A stretch of DNA of 63,500 nucleotides, counting the filler, from Anaerolineae bacterium (GTDB lineage Bacteria > Chloroflexota > Anaerolineae > Epilineales > Epilineaceae): NCBI GenBank assembly GCA_029262755.1. It is 6 parts of 6 records of this genome, joined end to end, with 100 filler letters (N's around TTAATTAATTAA, not from the genome) between each part and the next. Parts side by side here need not be neighbours in the genome. Positions count along the whole stretch, not along the records: positions 25,243 to 50,994 come from JAJCYU010000359.1; positions 51,095 to 59,634 come from JAJCYU010000361.1; 4 more parts are not named here. One strand, written 5' to 3'. Both the position numbers and the translations under genes were made by a program. This document shows positions 49,911-59,734 of the stretch, in pieces. The first letter of the stretch is position 1, and every line of letters begins with the position of its first letter. The notes beneath the pieces were generated by a model. That model did no database searches, was not told the origin of the DNA, and worked only from the letters and a program-made list of their open reading frames with translations.

Positions 49911-50893
49911 TGACGACGTCCATGCATGGTACGCGCCACGTCCCGGTCATGCTCGGTCCCGTCGTCGAAGCCCTGGCACCGGAACCACGCACGAGCCACG
50001 TCCGCTGCTGGATCGATGGAACGATCGGCGGCGGCGGGCATGCCGCGGCGTTGTTGGATCGTACATCGCCCGACGGCCGTTTGATTGGGCTCGACCGAGA
50101 TCCGGCCGCCATCGCGCGCAGCGCAGAAAGGCTTGCCGGGTACGGTGAACGATGTACGCTCGTCCATGGCAGCTTCGCGCAACTTGCGCATCACGCTCAC
50201 GAGCACGGCGCGGCCTCCGTTGCAGGGATCTTGCTCGATCTCGGCTTTTCGTCCGATCAAATTGAAGATGGAGATCGGGGCCTCTCGTTTCAGCTCGACG
50301 GGCCACTGGACATGCGCTTGGATCCGACCCAGGGGCCTACGGCAGCCGAGCTCATCGACGAGCTCGATGTCGATGCGCTCGCGGACGTGATCTGGCGATT
50401 CGGGGACGAGCGGCACAGCCGGCGTATCGCCCGCGCGATCGGCGCTGCCCGTCCGGTGCTCACCACCCATGCGCTTGCGGCGGTGGTCGCCGGCGCCGTG
50501 CCGCGGCAACCGGGGCGCCGCGCCAAGCGCCACCCGGCCACCAAGACCTTTCAGGCCCTTCGAATTGCGGTCAACGAAGAGCTCGAGGCATTGCACGATG
50601 CGTTGCCTCAGACCGTGGACCGCCTGGCCCCCGGAGGGCGCCTCGTCGTCATCAGCTTCCATTCCTTGGAGGATCGCATCGTGAAACGCTTCGTGCGCGA
50701 CGAGGCGAGCGGATGTCGCTGCCCGGAAGAGCTGCCCATATGCGTCTGTGACCCCCAGCCCCGTCTGCGGCTCGTCCATCGCAAGGCTCTCGTCGCCGAT
50801 GCCGCGGAACTCGCGGCAAATCCCCGTGCCCGTAGCGCCAAGGTTCGCGTCGCAGAGCGCCTGCCGGACGTCGTCGCAGGGCGGGTGGCATGA
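49910..50893 (+). CDS. rsmH: 16S rRNA m4C1402 methyltransferase
   Basis: HVPVML, DGTIGGGGH, LDLGFSS, GPLDMR, FQALRIAVNEEL, ISFHSLEDRIVK, NPRARSAK. Confidence 0.97.
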   Translation: MTTSMHGTRHVPVMLGPVVEALAPEPRTSHVRCWIDGTIGGGGHAAALLDRTSPDGRLIGLDRDPAAIARSAERLAGYGERCTLVHGSFAQLAHHAHEHGAASVAGILLDLGFSSDQIEDGDRGLSFQLDGPLDMRLDPTQGPTAAELIDELDVDALADVIWRFGDERHSRRIARAIGAARPVLTTHALAAVVAGAVPRQPGRRAKRHPATKTFQALRIAVNEELEALHDALPQTVDRLAPGGRLVVISFHSLEDRIVKRFVRDEASGCRCPEELPICVCDPQPRLRLVHRKALVADAAELAANPRARSAKVRVAERLPDVVAGRVA

Positions 50894-50994
50894 ACAGCGC
50901 GCGCGGCATCGTCCTGCCGCTGCTCTTGAGCGCCGCGACCCTGACGATCGCGGGGCTCCTCTGGGTCAACTTGGCCAGCCGCATGGCCGAGACG
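50890..50994 (+). CDS. Probable FtsL-like cell division protein, N-terminal fragment
   Basis: ATGA overlap with rsmH; MNSARGIVLPLLLSAATLTIAGLLWVNLASRMAET has one TM; position in the dcw cluster. Confidence 0.55.
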
Positions 50995-51094
50995 NNNNNN
51001 NNNNNNNNNNNNNNNNNNNNNNNNNNNNNNNNNNNNNNTTAATTAATTAANNNNNNNNNNNNNNNNNNNNNNNNNNNNNNNNNNNNNNNNNNNN
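50995..51094. other. Artificial contig linker
   Basis: N-TTAATTAATTAA-N. Confidence 0.98.
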
Positions 51095-52528
51095 GAAGAT
51101 GACGAGCGCCCCGAACACGGCGTAGGAGGCAACCTGGTCGGGCGTCGCCGAGAGCCGCCGCGCTACCCGTCTGGTGGCGGCGTAGGGCAGGGCGACGTTC
51201 AGCGCACCCCACGCCGCAAGGGGCAACCCGACCACCAGCAGCAGTCCCTCGCGCACGATGAAGCGCGCGACGCGCAGCGGATGCATGGAGATGTGCAGCT
51301 CGCGCGGGTCGATGCCCGCCTCGTCCAGACGGTCACGGAACGCGACGACCCGCTCGGCCAGGTGGCGCACCGCGATCGGCGGCGGCGCGGCCCCCGCGCT
51401 CCGTTCGTCGGCCGAGTTCGCGCTGCTGGATCGAGCCACTCCGGAACGCGCCTCGACGTCCGAAGGGGCGTCGGGATCGAGCCCTCCGTCCGGCGCCGGC
51501 CCGGCCATCGGACCGTGCGCGGCGCTTTCGATCTCGTGTCCGGCCTTCGAGCGATCGGACTTGCGGGGCTCGGACATCGCGGGATCGGACGCTCTCCGGT
51601 CGACCGAAGCAGGTTCGGTCTTCTCCCGCGTCGTCGGCTCCTCAACGTCTTCGCTCGACGCGTACGACGCCGCGGCGCCGGCCCCCGTTGCGCTCTCCGC
51701 CGCCTCAGCCGCCGCCTCCCCCGCGCCTTCCGCCTCGCGCAGCGTCCGGTAGCCCGTGCGCAGGCGCTCGATGAGCGCGACGCGTGCGGCCAGGGTGGGG
51801 CCGGGGCGACCCAGGGCGGGCGGCTGCTCGCCGCGTGTCTCCAGCACCTCGGCGGCGCGGTGCAGCAACAGCTCTTCGTCGCGATCGGCGAAGTTCAGCG
51901 TCAATGCCTCCATGCGCGTGCGTAGCTCGTCGGTCAACGCGCGGAGTCGGGCATCGGGATGCGCCGTGCGCCACGCCGCGACGTCGAGCGGCTCGCCGAA
52001 GCGCAGCAGCACGCGGCTCCGAAAGCGGGCCTTGTCCTCGAAGGTCAGGCCGACGGGCTGTATGTGCATTCGGCCGGGATTGCCGGCCGCCAGGTAGTCC
52101 AGCGCTAGACGGGCTGCGCCGTGCTTGAAGCGGCGCATCGCCGGGTCGGAGTGGCTCTGTCCTTCCGGGAAGAGGATGAACGCGCCGCCTTCCGCCAGGC
52201 GGCGTTGGATCTCCGCCATCGAGTCCAGGTTCTTGGACGGGTCGGCGCCGGCGGCCACATCGCGTGCGCGATGGATCGGCACCACGTTGCCCGCCCGCAT
52301 GAGGTGGCCGACAAGCGGCGCATCGGCGAGCGTGCTCTTGGCCGTCAACGTGACGGGCCGGCGCACGGTGGTCGTGACGACGAGCGCGTCGACCAACGCG
52401 TTGGGATGGTTGCTCACGATCAGCAGGGGGCCGTCCGGAGGAACGTTCTCCAGCCCGACGATCTCGCGGCGGCGGTAGAACACGCCGAGGGCGAGATCGA
52501 AATAGGCGCGCAGCAGCGCGTAGACCAG
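51095..52528 (-). CDS. PlsC-like phospholipid/glycerol acyltransferase (3' end cut)
   Basis: NHPNALVD (HX4D), FPEGQSH, FKHGAARLAL; C-terminal TMs; start probably CTG at 52528 (alternative GTG at 52483). Confidence 0.88.
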
Positions 52529-54043
52529 CTAGGCCTCCCAGCCGCGCAACAACGCGACCAGCAGACGGACGCCGTATCCCGTCGCGCCCGTTTCGCCGAG
52601 CGCGTCTTGCTCTTCGGTGGAGGCCATGGACGCGATGTCCAGATGGGCCCACCGATAGTCCGTGAACGCTTCCAAGAAGGAAGCGGATGTGCCGACGCCG
52701 CCCATCCGTCCGCCCCCATTCTTCAGGTCGGCCACCTGCGAGCGCAGCTTCGCGCGGTAGGCTGGCCACAAAGGCATGCGCCATACGCGCTCGGCGGTTG
52801 CGTCCGCCGCGGCCTCGATTCGGGCACACAGCGCGTCGTCGTTTGCGAACAGGCTCGCTGCAACGCCCTTCCCGAGGGCCACGACGCTGGCACCGGTCAA
52901 CGTAGCCAGGTCGATCACGGCGTCCGGTTGGTAGCGCTGCGCGTACACGAGCGCGTCGGCGAGGATCATGCGTCCCTCGGCGTCCGTGCTCACGATCTCG
53001 ATCGTGCGGCCGTTGCTGGCCGTGATCACGTCCGACGGGCGGTACGCATCGGCATCGGGCATGTTCTCCGTACACGGCGCGAGACCCACTACGTGCAGCG
53101 GAAGATCGAGTGCGGCGACGGCGCGCATGGCGCCGAGCACGGCGCCCGCACCGGCCATGTCGGTCTTCATCGCCCCCATGTTGTTGGACGGCTTGATCGA
53201 GATGCCGCCCGAATCGAAGGTGACGCCCTTGCCGACCAGCACGATCGTAGGCAGACCGGCCTGCTCTCGGTTGTGCTCGAGGACGATGAAGCGCGGTGCT
53301 TCCCCTGCGCCTTGGGCTACCGCGAGGAAGGCGCCCATGTCGTGACCCGCCGCCCAGTCGCGGCCACCGGTCTCGACATAAAGTCCGTGGTCGGCCGCCA
53401 CCCCGCGCGCTACCTCGGCCATATGGATGGGCGTTGCCTCATTGGCCGGCATGTTGACCAGATCGCGCGTCATGGCCACGGCGGCCGCGATCGCGGCGCC
53501 GGCCTCGGCCCCGGTGCGGATCGCGTCCGTCCGCGCGGCATCCACCTCCGCGACGACGATGCTGTGGACCGACCGCTCTTCCTCGCCGTCGTCCTCGCCT
53601 CGCCCGGTCTTCGCATAGCGATATAGGCCGAGCAGTGCGCCCTCCACCGTCGCCTGCGCGGCCGCCTCGGGATCGAATCCCCCGATGCCCGCGCCATGGG
53701 CGATCGTCGCCACCCGTTGGGCGCCGAGGTCGCGTGCGCGGCTGAGCGCGGCCGCGGACGCGCTGCGTGCCGCGTCCAAGGTGAAGCCATCCGCATCGCC
53801 CAAGCCCACCACAATCACACGCGAGGCGTGGATCGCACCGCGCGGGTAGAGCACCGCCGTCTCACCAGCCTTGCCGCGTAGGTCACCGCCGGCGATCAGG
53901 GCGGATATGGCGCCGTCCAGGGCCTGGTCCAACGCGCCCGTAGCACCGCCCGGCGTGGTGACGCCGCGGAAGAGGTTGACCACGACCGCGTCCGCCTCGA
54001 TGTCCTGGATAGCGGCGTGGATCACTTCGATGGCAGGTTGCAT
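52529..54043 (-). CDS. pepA: Leucyl aminopeptidase (M17)
   Basis: LVGKGVTFDSGG, MKTDMAGA, STDAEGRMILAD, IDLATLTGA, WAHLDIA. Confidence 0.96.
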   Translation of the reverse strand: MQPAIEVIHAAIQDIEADAVVVNLFRGVTTPGGATGALDQALDGAISALIAGGDLRGKAGETAVLYPRGAIHASRVIVVGLGDADGFTLDAARSASAAALSRARDLGAQRVATIAHGAGIGGFDPEAAAQATVEGALLGLYRYAKTGRGEDDGEEERSVHSIVVAEVDAARTDAIRTGAEAGAAIAAAVAMTRDLVNMPANEATPIHMAEVARGVAADHGLYVETGGRDWAAGHDMGAFLAVAQGAGEAPRFIVLEHNREQAGLPTIVLVGKGVTFDSGGISIKPSNNMGAMKTDMAGAGAVLGAMRAVAALDLPLHVVGLAPCTENMPDADAYRPSDVITASNGRTIEIVSTDAEGRMILADALVYAQRYQPDAVIDLATLTGASVVALGKGVAASLFANDDALCARIEAAADATAERVWRMPLWPAYRAKLRSQVADLKNGGGRMGGVGTSASFLEAFTDYRWAHLDIASMASTEEQDALGETGATGYGVRLLVALLRGWEA

Positions 54044-54149
54044 GGACGGCTCCGGTTGCTTGGTAGGAAGCAGGCAGAGTAGGGGCGGCACGTCCAGGCT
54101 GTCAAGGATTCCCGGCGGGTTCGAGACCGCATCCTCCGCCCGTGGCACG

Positions 54150-55847
54150 CTACGGTTCGCGCGCCCCGATGCTCGGCGCTGCGGGACGACATCGCCCCAC
54201 AAGGTCCGCCCGCACGTCCGCCGCGACACCGGGCTCGGCCGCACCGATCGCCGGGCTTCCCTGCGCAATTGCGCCTTCGTCGCCCAGCAACGGGTCCAGC
54301 CCGACGATCCCGCCCGTCTCCATCACCGGCAACGTGGGTGCGGAGCGCGTGGGTTCATCCCGCGCGAACCACAAATTGTGCGCGAATCGAAACGTCTCGG
54401 GCGCTGTGCCCGTGCCGACGTTGGCCCAGGTTCGCAGCTGCGCGCGATCCACGACCACGAGGTTGTTCGCGAACACGCCGCCGCGCGCCGGCTCGAAGAC
54501 CACGTCGCCCTCGGTGCGGCTCTCCTGCAGGATGCGCAGCACCCACGTCTCCGGCGCGACGATCGTGTTATGCGCCACCAGACAGTCCGCGCAGCCCACG
54601 AAGGCGACGGGCGTCATCCCGCCGACGAAGAGGTTGGCCACGACCCGCACGTCGCCCGCCTCCGCGTTCGCGGTGACGCCATCGCGCACGAGGGGCGGCC
54701 GAAAGAATTGCGGCCCCGTCGAGCCGCCCATGTTCACCCCACGCGCGCCGCCGTCGTCCACGCGGTTCCAGCGAAAATCGACGTCCGTGCTGCCGCCTTT
54801 GGCTTGTAGCGCTCCGCCCGACAACGCCGTGAAGCGCCCCCGCGCCACGATTGCACGATGCACGCCGACCATGTCGACCCCGCTGCCCGAGCCGCTCCCG
54901 CCGCAGCGCGACGCGCGTAGCCCGTCCACGAGCACGTCGCGCAGCCCGGAGAGCTTGAGGCAGTCCTGGTTGCCGCCGCCGCCGATGTCCTCGATCACGA
55001 CTTCACGGAAGGCCAGGTGATGGCTCGCGTCCGCGTCGTCGACAGCGCCCCCGTCGTCCGCGTTGATCCCATTGCCCGACGCACCGCGCACGATCAAATC
55101 GTGCACGACGACGTAGGCCGCACGTGTCAGATGCATCCCCTCGCCCGATCCCTCGAGCACGGGCGGGTCGTCCGGGTCCGCGGCGCCGATCCAGATCGGC
55201 GCGTCGCTACGCCCGCGCAGATCGTCGATGTACACGCCCCCCGCATAGCGCCCGCCGCCCATCCGGATCGCGCTGCCCGGCGCCGCATCGCGCGCCGCGC
55301 GCCCCAGCGTCGCGTAGGGCGCACCGACGGAGCCGTCGCCGGCACCATCGTCGCCGCCGGTCGCGACGTGAATCACGTGCGATGGCGCGCGATCGTCATC
55401 GAAGAAGGGCAGCGCGTCGCAAGCGGGGGCGGGCGTGGCGGTGGGCGTGGTCGTGGACGGCAACGTGGACGTCACGGTCGCGGGCGGCGTCGCCCGCAGC
55501 GTCGCCGTTACGGTTGGGGTCGCGCCGGGCGTTGGCGTGCCTGGGCCCGCGCCGGACGTCGCGGTCGCGAGCCCCGTGGGCGGTGGCGGCACGCGATCCA
55601 GATCAACGCCACGTCCCGTCCATGGCAGGAGGACGGTCGCGGGTTCGGGATCGGGCGATTGGGCTCGGAGTTGCGTGGGGCGTTCGGGCGAAACGGCGAT
55701 CAAGAACGCGATCGCGATGGCGAGCATCGAGAAGCCGGCAAGGCGCGCGATCGAGCGCGGTTCTCCTGGCGCAATCGACGTGCAGATGCTTGAAGCGAGA
55801 ACGTTCGCCCTCGCCCTCGCCCTCGCCCTCGCCCTCGCCCTCGCCAT
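54150..55847 (-). CDS. Secreted right-handed beta-helix (pectin-lyase-like) protein
   Basis: Signal segment, VLLPW motif, Pro/Thr linker, IHVATGGDD..GDGS..PYATL, beta-helix repeats, SPAIGA..DL.G..R..PSIGA.E ending; start uncertain. Confidence 0.8.
   Translation of the reverse strand: MARARARARARARANVLASSICTSIAPGEPRSIARLAGFSMLAIAIAFLIAVSPERPTQLRAQSPDPEPATVLLPWTGRGVDLDRVPPPPTGLATATSGAGPGTPTPGATPTVTATLRATPPATVTSTLPSTTTPTATPAPACDALPFFDDDRAPSHVIHVATGGDDGAGDGSVGAPYATLGRAARDAAPGSAIRMGGGRYAGGVYIDDLRGRSDAPIWIGAADPDDPPVLEGSGEGMHLTRAAYVVVHDLIVRGASGNGINADDGGAVDDADASHHLAFREVVIEDIGGGGNQDCLKLSGLRDVLVDGLRASRCGGSGSGSGVDMVGVHRAIVARGRFTALSGGALQAKGGSTDVDFRWNRVDDGGARGVNMGGSTGPQFFRPPLVRDGVTANAEAGDVRVVANLFVGGMTPVAFVGCADCLVAHNTIVAPETWVLRILQESRTEGDVVFEPARGGVFANNLVVVDRAQLRTWANVGTGTAPETFRFAHNLWFARDEPTRSAPTLPVMETGGIVGLDPLLGDEGAIAQGSPAIGAAEPGVAADVRADLVGRCRPAAPSIGAREP
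55805..55845. repeat. (TCGCCC)6+ hexanucleotide microsatellite
   Basis: Six perfect units plus a partial unit directly after the putative ATG on the minus strand. Confidence 0.92.
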
Positions 55848-56263
55848 GGCCGATCGCCGCGACGCACGTGGCACCGGGGTTCTCCCGACTGATTCTCTCC
55901 TGGGCTCGGTGCGCAGGGGACCAAACACTTCCGGTGCATCCGTCACGGTGTTTTTCCCTTTGCTTCGCGTCATCGGTAGATCCCCAACCATGATACCCAA
56001 GGCGCAATCCCACTCCGGCACTCGAGCAGCTTTCTCCGAGACGTCTGCGCTCACGGTTGCGATTCTACAGGCCTAACCTTGCGACGCTGCGCGCGCCCCG
56101 ACTATCCTGCCGCAACAACGCGAGATGGCGGGATCACGCTGCAAGAGACGCCGGCCATGCGGCTCGCCAGTTGCGCGGTTCCCCGAACGCACGTGACTCC
56201 ATTCCGACCAACGTCGCCGCATCCATTCTCGCGGCGCCGTCTCGCCCCGATCAGGAGCGCCCC

Positions 56264-57538
56264 ATGACCCGCGCCGTCCGACCTATCCTACGCGACCACG
56301 TACAGACCGCCGCGGCGACCACGATGGCGCCAACGCGCTGGCTCCTCGCCTTCGCCTGTTGCGCGATGATGGCGCTGCCCGCGGGCTGCGGATCCGCCGA
56401 CAGCGATCCCAACATGGGCGAGCCGGTGCCCATGGCCAACGATCCCCGCAGCAATTCGGCCGGCGGATCGGGCTCCGACAGCGCGCTGCAAGACGAGGCC
56501 GGTGCTGCCGTCGACGACAATGCGGGCGCCGGGGCCAGCGCCGAAAGCGAAGGCGCGCTGATCACGAGCGGCACGGGCGACCAGAACGCCGCGCCACGGG
56601 TCGGCCTCATCACCGACGGTGGCGCGATTGACGACCTGGGCTTCAACCAGGCGGCATGGGAGGGCGTCGATCAGGCGACGGAGCTGCTCGGCGGCGAGGC
56701 TACGTCCATCGTGCCGGCGACGATCGCGGACATCCCGGGCGCGATCGACGAGCTCGCGCAGGCCGGCAACGACGTGATCGTCACCGTCGGCGCTGCGGCG
56801 AGCGATGCCACGAACGAAGGCGCGGTCCGTTACCCGCGCGTCATCTTCCTCGGCGTCGGTCAGCCGCAATCCGCGGATGCGCCCGAAGGCTGGACGGACG
56901 AGTGGCCGTTGCCCAACGTAGCCGGCGTCGTGTTTCGCGATGAGTACGCGGGCTTTCTGGCCGGCGCGATGGCCGCGCATCTCTCGACGAGCGGCACGGT
57001 CGCCGCGGTCCTCGGCACCGCGCTCGACCCTCGCTCGACGCAGCTCGCCGCGGGCTTCACGGCCGGCGTGGCGGAGGTCGACCCCGACGCTACCGTGCTC
57101 GCGACGCAGCACCCCGGAACGCTCGACGAGGCCGCGACGGACGCGGACTGGGGCGAGGCCGCGGCGGCCGACGCGCTCGCCGCGGGCGCCGACGTGATCT
57201 TCGGCGCGGGCGGATCCATCGGCCGCGCGGCGATCGTCGCGACGGCCGCACAGGAGGGCGCGTGGTGCATCGGCCTCGACACGGACGCGTGGCCGCGCGT
57301 GCCCGACGCCCACCCTTGCCTGATCACGAGCGCGGTCCACCTCGTGACCCCCATCGTCTCCCAACTGATCGACGAAGCCGCAGCCGGCTTCTTCGTACGC
57401 GGCGACCACGTCGGCCGCACCAGCCTCGCCGAATTCCACGACCACGACGCAGCGGTCACGGACGCGATGCGCATCGACCTGGACCGCATCGAGTCCGGGC
57501 TGGCGGCGGGAACGATTGTGGTGGGCAGCGCGCCGTAG
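56264..57538 (+). CDS. BMP-family (PnrA/TmpC-like) nucleoside-binding lipoprotein
   Basis: Lipobox PAGC; GGAIDDLGFNQAAWEG, GFLAGAMAA, GADVIFGAGG, IGLDTD; SD AGGAG. Confidence 0.92.
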   Translation: MTRAVRPILRDHVQTAAATTMAPTRWLLAFACCAMMALPAGCGSADSDPNMGEPVPMANDPRSNSAGGSGSDSALQDEAGAAVDDNAGAGASAESEGALITSGTGDQNAAPRVGLITDGGAIDDLGFNQAAWEGVDQATELLGGEATSIVPATIADIPGAIDELAQAGNDVIVTVGAAASDATNEGAVRYPRVIFLGVGQPQSADAPEGWTDEWPLPNVAGVVFRDEYAGFLAGAMAAHLSTSGTVAAVLGTALDPRSTQLAAGFTAGVAEVDPDATVLATQHPGTLDEAATDADWGEAAAADALAAGADVIFGAGGSIGRAAIVATAAQEGAWCIGLDTDAWPRVPDAHPCLITSAVHLVTPIVSQLIDEAAAGFFVRGDHVGRTSLAEFHDHDAAVTDAMRIDLDRIESGLAAGTIVVGSAP

Positions 57539-57613
57539 CGCAGGGGGGGGAAGGGCGGAGGGCAAGCGGAAAGAAGTACTAGGAAGGCGATAAAGGCTAT
57601 CGAATCGCGCAGC

Positions 57614-57658
57614 CTGTGACGGATGTCACAGACGTCGCGACGAGAGTGGTGATATGTT
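57614..57658 (+). promoter_or_regulatory. Consensus CRP-type box with extended -10
   Basis: TGTGA-cggatg-TCACA (57615-57630); TGaTATGTT at 57650-57658. Confidence 0.6.
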
Positions 57659-57701
57659 GGCGACGAAGTTGGTTTTTTCGTGCCACATCGCCGGAGCTGT
57701 C

Positions 57702-59634
57702 ATGGGACCTCGACCGCCTTTCATTCCGCCGCCCGAGTTTCCGCTCGAACCCGAAACGCCGACTCCGCTTGTCCTGAGTCCTGACCAGATCGCCGTCGTC
57801 CTCGTCGATCCCGAGAACCTGACAGAAGAAGCGCTCGATGAGTACCTCACCGCGCGTGGCCTTTCTGTGCATGGCGACGATCTGCGAAACGCGATGAATG
57901 TTGACGACGACGGTCGAGCGCACCTGCCGCCTGTTGTTTGGTTGGATATCGGCGGAGGGCGCTCGGTGTTCGACGAGATGGAGGCCCGTGCAGTGGCCTC
58001 CGCTCCGGATGTTGTTGTGGAGTTTGTAAGCCCCGTGTATCGGAGATCCGATGTAGAAGCCGACGTCGGCGTCACACCGCTAGACACGATCCTGGTTGAA
58101 GTGTTGAAAGACTCGGACAAGAGGGCACTGGCCACCGCATATCGACTGGCTGGCGTGCAAGACGTAACGTTCGAAGGCGACGAACACTGGAGCGGTTTCA
58201 GCGTGGGACCGGATTCCGGCCTGGACCACTTGCGGCTCTTGCGCATGATCGATCCCTATAACGGAACGTACGCGGAGGCCATAGAGATACTTCAGGCATC
58301 GGAGCTGTTCTCATTTGTCGATGCCGACTGGACACAGTTGAGCACAAGCTACTGCGCCCCGAAGCCGAACGATCTCTACTACCCGGACCAAGTGAACCTA
58401 GTACGAATCGGGTGCCCCGCAGCGTGGGATGTTACGACCGGCGATGTCGGCACTATCGTCGCCTTCATCGATTCCGGTTGCGATCTAAACCATGAAGACT
58501 TGAAAGACAATCTAGTGCCGGCTGCGCAGATGTATAACGCAGAAAGCCCCGGCACACTGCCGGCCGATCCGCACGGACACGGAACTTGCGTCGCGGGTCT
58601 CATCGGCGGCAAAGGCAACAACCATATCGGTGTGTGTGGTGTCACGTGGTCGTGCAGGTTGATGCCGATCCGTGTTCCTTACGCCGCGAAACTGTGCCAC
58701 TACGTGTTCGCCTTGTGGTGGGCACGAACCCAGGGCGCCAACGTGGTCAACATCAGCCTGGATTTCAATGTACGCCATGCCCGCATCGATCTTGAGATCA
58801 ACCGCTGTCACTACGACGATGTGCTGCTGGTTGCATCCGCAGGCAATTTCGATTCGAAGTATGTCGATGTGGCCTACCCGGCAATGCATCGCCATGTGAT
58901 CGCGGTCGGTGCAGTCACCGACGCGGACAAACGGATACCGGAGAGCCAGCAGGGGAAAAACATCGAGCTCGTGGCGCCCGGCCGAAATCTGGTGACCACC
59001 GATCGAGTTGGAGTGCAGGTGGGGTACAACAATTCGAACAAGGATCCACTCGTTCCCGATCTAGCCAAGGATCCAACGTCGAGCTACTACCGATTGTTCG
59101 GAATGACGTCGGGTGCGGCCCCACAGGTTGCAGGTGTGGCCGGGCTCGTGCGCGCGCATAGGCCGGACTTGAAAGCCGATCAAGTTCGAGCCGCACTCGA
59201 CCGCGGAGCTGAGAAGCTTGCCGGCTACGCCTACGCCGTCGGCGGGCCGCGTCCACATGCCGGGGCGACTGTGGGCATCGGCTGGAATGAGGAAGTGGGT
59301 TTCGGCATGGTCCACGCAGAGAAGGCACTAGCGCAGGCAGACACGTTCCCAATCGACGGGCAACTAACAGGTGGCTTTGAGTCTGAACCACAAGAATCAG
59401 GCTCGGAGGGCAATACCGACAACATGACAAAGGGAGGGGGCAGCATGAGCGGTGAAAAGGACAGCGCGGGTTCGAACAAGAATGGAGGAAATCCTCCTGC
59501 GGTCGGAACTCCGGCAACGCGCGGTGGTTCCAGTGAAATTGCCGTTGGCGCCCTGATTGCGCTCGCCGGTGTGATGCTTGGGGCGCTGATCGCGATCGCT
59601 TCGAGAAATCCGAGTTGCTGTGCGGCCGTGCCGG
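57702..59634 (+). CDS. S8 subtilisin-like serine peptidase (3' end cut)
   Basis: Triad FIDSG / HGHGTCVAG / GMTSGAAPQVAG; oxyanion ASAGN; C-terminal TM. Confidence 0.93.
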
Positions 59635-59734
59635 NNNNNNNNNNNNNNNNNNNNNNNNNNNNNNNNNNNNNNNNNNNNTTAATTAATTAANNNNNNNNNN
59701 NNNNNNNNNNNNNNNNNNNNNNNNNNNNNNNNNN
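59635..59734. other. Artificial contig linker
   Basis: N-TTAATTAATTAA-N. Confidence 0.98.

Noticed and set aside
57615..57630. The tandem Crp proteins as direct binders of this CRP box
   Set aside because: Their recognition helices lack the RExxxR residues that read TGTGA, and they lie on a different contig; no link is supportable.
10508..59734. Recurring TTAATTAATTAA flanked by N runs (5 times)
   Set aside because: Identical synthetic contig spacers; not biological. ORFs ending in XXXLIN are artefacts.
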